This document shows, piece by piece, positions 34,455-35,724 of a stretch of DNA of 35,724 nt (position 1 is the stretch's first letter; the number at the start of each line of letters is the position of its first letter). The DNA is taken from positions 1-35,724 of the IMG/VR virus record IMGVR_UViG_3300047449_000070; one strand, written 5' to 3'. A program made the translations under genes and the position numbers. Source of the stretch: a virus. Lineage: Duplodnaviria > Caudoviricetes. The notes under the pieces are model-generated. The model saw only the letters and a program-made list of their open reading frames with translations, ran no database searches and was not told the origin of the DNA.

Positions 34455-34913
34455 ATGGCTAAAACAACATTGCCAGATGAAGAGTTGAAAAAATCTCTAG
34501 GAGAAATGGCTTTCGAAGGACTTGAAATACCTAAGAATTATTTAAGTGATGGATGGTTCGAAGGTTACTATGTAGACGGTTATATATTCGGAGATGTGAC
34601 AGATACCGATGAAGAAGTGTTCACTCCTAACTTCTGGGTCAAAGTTGATCGTGATAGTTTGGAAAAGAATGGAGAGAAAGTTGAAAGCGTTAAATATAAA
34701 GCCCAAGTGAAATCAGACATGAAGCACTTGGAGCATCTAGACTTTGAAGAAGTCAGTGGATACTTGGGTGAAGAGTGGTTTGAGGGCTACTATGTAGACG
34801 GATTCTTAGTTGGACCTATCATTGAGGGGACCGATGAATACATTTTCCCTGAATATTGGATAAGGATTAAACCTGAAACTATGACACTTGCAGAAGGTCA
34901 GGTTTCAAAATGA
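34455..34913 (+). CDS. Protein with internally duplicated YopX-like domain (start uncertain)
   Basis: WFEGYYVDG occurs twice, each followed by E..F.P..W. Confidence 0.6.
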   Translation: MAKTTLPDEELKKSLGEMAFEGLEIPKNYLSDGWFEGYYVDGYIFGDVTDTDEEVFTPNFWVKVDRDSLEKNGEKVESVKYKAQVKSDMKHLEHLDFEEVSGYLGEEWFEGYYVDGFLVGPIIEGTDEYIFPEYWIRIKPETMTLAEGQVSK

Positions 34914-35062
34914 GAATGTTCTTCTGTGGAGCAATAGCGGCAGTGTTGGTCGCAGCAGTATGCGCAGTATTAGGAATAGCAGGCGAAGGGGTAACAACCA
35001 CAGCTTATGCCGCCTTCGTCTGTGGTGCAGTATCGCAAGGGATTAAACAATTCAAGGAATGA
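34910..35062 (+). CDS. Small hydrophobic 50-aa protein (not in ORF track)
   Basis: ATGA overlap; MRMFFCGAIAAVLVAAVCAVLGI. Confidence 0.5.
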   Translation: MRMFFCGAIAAVLVAAVCAVLGIAGEGVTTTAYAAFVCGAVSQGIKQFKE

Positions 35063-35072
35063 TGGAGGAGAT

Positions 35073-35336
35073 ATGATGAGTAAATATTTAAAGTTTGTCG
35101 TAACAGGTATCAGCGCATCCCGTAAGACGTACATTATTTCTGTTCAATCAAAAGACGATACTAATTTGGGAACTATTTCGTGGTTTGCGCCATGGCGTCA
35201 ATATACATTTAATCCAGGATCAAGTTCGACATTCAACGCGGAATGCTTGAAAGATATTGCGGATGAGTTGAAACGAATGAATGTAGGTCATAAGCGCATG
35301 CTTGCGAAGCGAAAGGATAAGGAGGGAATGGAATGA
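35073..35336 (+). CDS. Hypothetical phage protein
   Basis: GGAGGAG RBS; LGTISWFAPWRQYTF. Confidence 0.6.
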   Translation: MMSKYLKFVVTGISASRKTYIISVQSKDDTNLGTISWFAPWRQYTFNPGSSSTFNAECLKDIADELKRMNVGHKRMLAKRKDKEGME

Positions 35337-35653
35337 GAAGAGAAATAGATCGGATGATAAGCATATTGCAAGCTCCAGAAGATTATGTTGGGGCTCAGTT
35401 GAATGACCGGAATGCCTACCAAGTTTATCTGCTGGGTGATGGAGGATACATCAACCATACATCAGTGGATACTCTGGATTACTCTATTGTTATGGATATA
35501 GAATTAACTCAAAAAGGTAATGACTTTGTGACACTGCTAGGGGACAAACAAGTCTATGATGCTGTAGATAGAAGATTGAAAGAGAAAGGTTTTAATATCA
35601 GGGAAATGAATTTCGATATAATTGAGCGACTTGCGAAGGAGGAAGTCGAATGA
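35333..35653 (+). CDS. Hypothetical protein (DUF2513-like winged helix)
   Basis: MRREIDRMISIL...LLGDGGYI...LTQKGNDFV pattern. Confidence 0.55.
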   Translation: MRREIDRMISILQAPEDYVGAQLNDRNAYQVYLLGDGGYINHTSVDTLDYSIVMDIELTQKGNDFVTLLGDKQVYDAVDRRLKEKGFNIREMNFDIIERLAKEEVE

Positions 35654-35724
35654 GAGAGGCAAGGATGATATTAATCATCCTTATCTTCTTCTCTCTTAGC
35701 CTTCTCATTAGCAGCTTGGATTAA

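Larger units (their letters stand above)
1..35724. mobile_element. Temperate siphophage genome segment in attP (excised) configuration
   Basis: Contiguous morphogenesis, lysis, att, lysogeny and replication modules with no host genes. Confidence 0.93.

Noticed and set aside
35650-35724. 24-aa hydrophobic ORF at the window end
   Set aside because: Has an RBS and ATGA overlap but is too short and at the edge to call.

Overview
This window covers most of a temperate siphophage genome. The host is probably a Staphylococcaceae-like Firmicute, possibly salt-adapted (inferred). Gene order: partial portal, ClpP-type protease, HK97-fold capsid, neck genes, major tail protein, tail chaperone pair, tape measure with an M23 peptidase, Dit, a 1817-aa Tal/fibre, lysis genes, accessory genes, attP, integrase, cI/cro switch, replication genes, dimeric dUTPase, ArpU/RinA regulator, a second minimal tyrosine recombinase and small genes. 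Terminase genes are outside the window. attP appears intact in mid-window, so this looks like the excised/virion form. The best candidate for a new system is an orphan PemK/MazF-fold nuclease (20457-21146) followed directly by a separately promoted ~90-nt RNA made of two hairpin repeats and a terminator, a candidate RNA antitoxin; it sits back-to-back with a LexA-boxed yolD operon. Also notable: an NDT/TIR-like gene inserted antisense between Dit and Tal, a tail-chaperone pair in the +1 rather than -1 frame, and the small recombinase followed by paired inverted sites. All family calls come from motif recognition by eye; no database searches were run.
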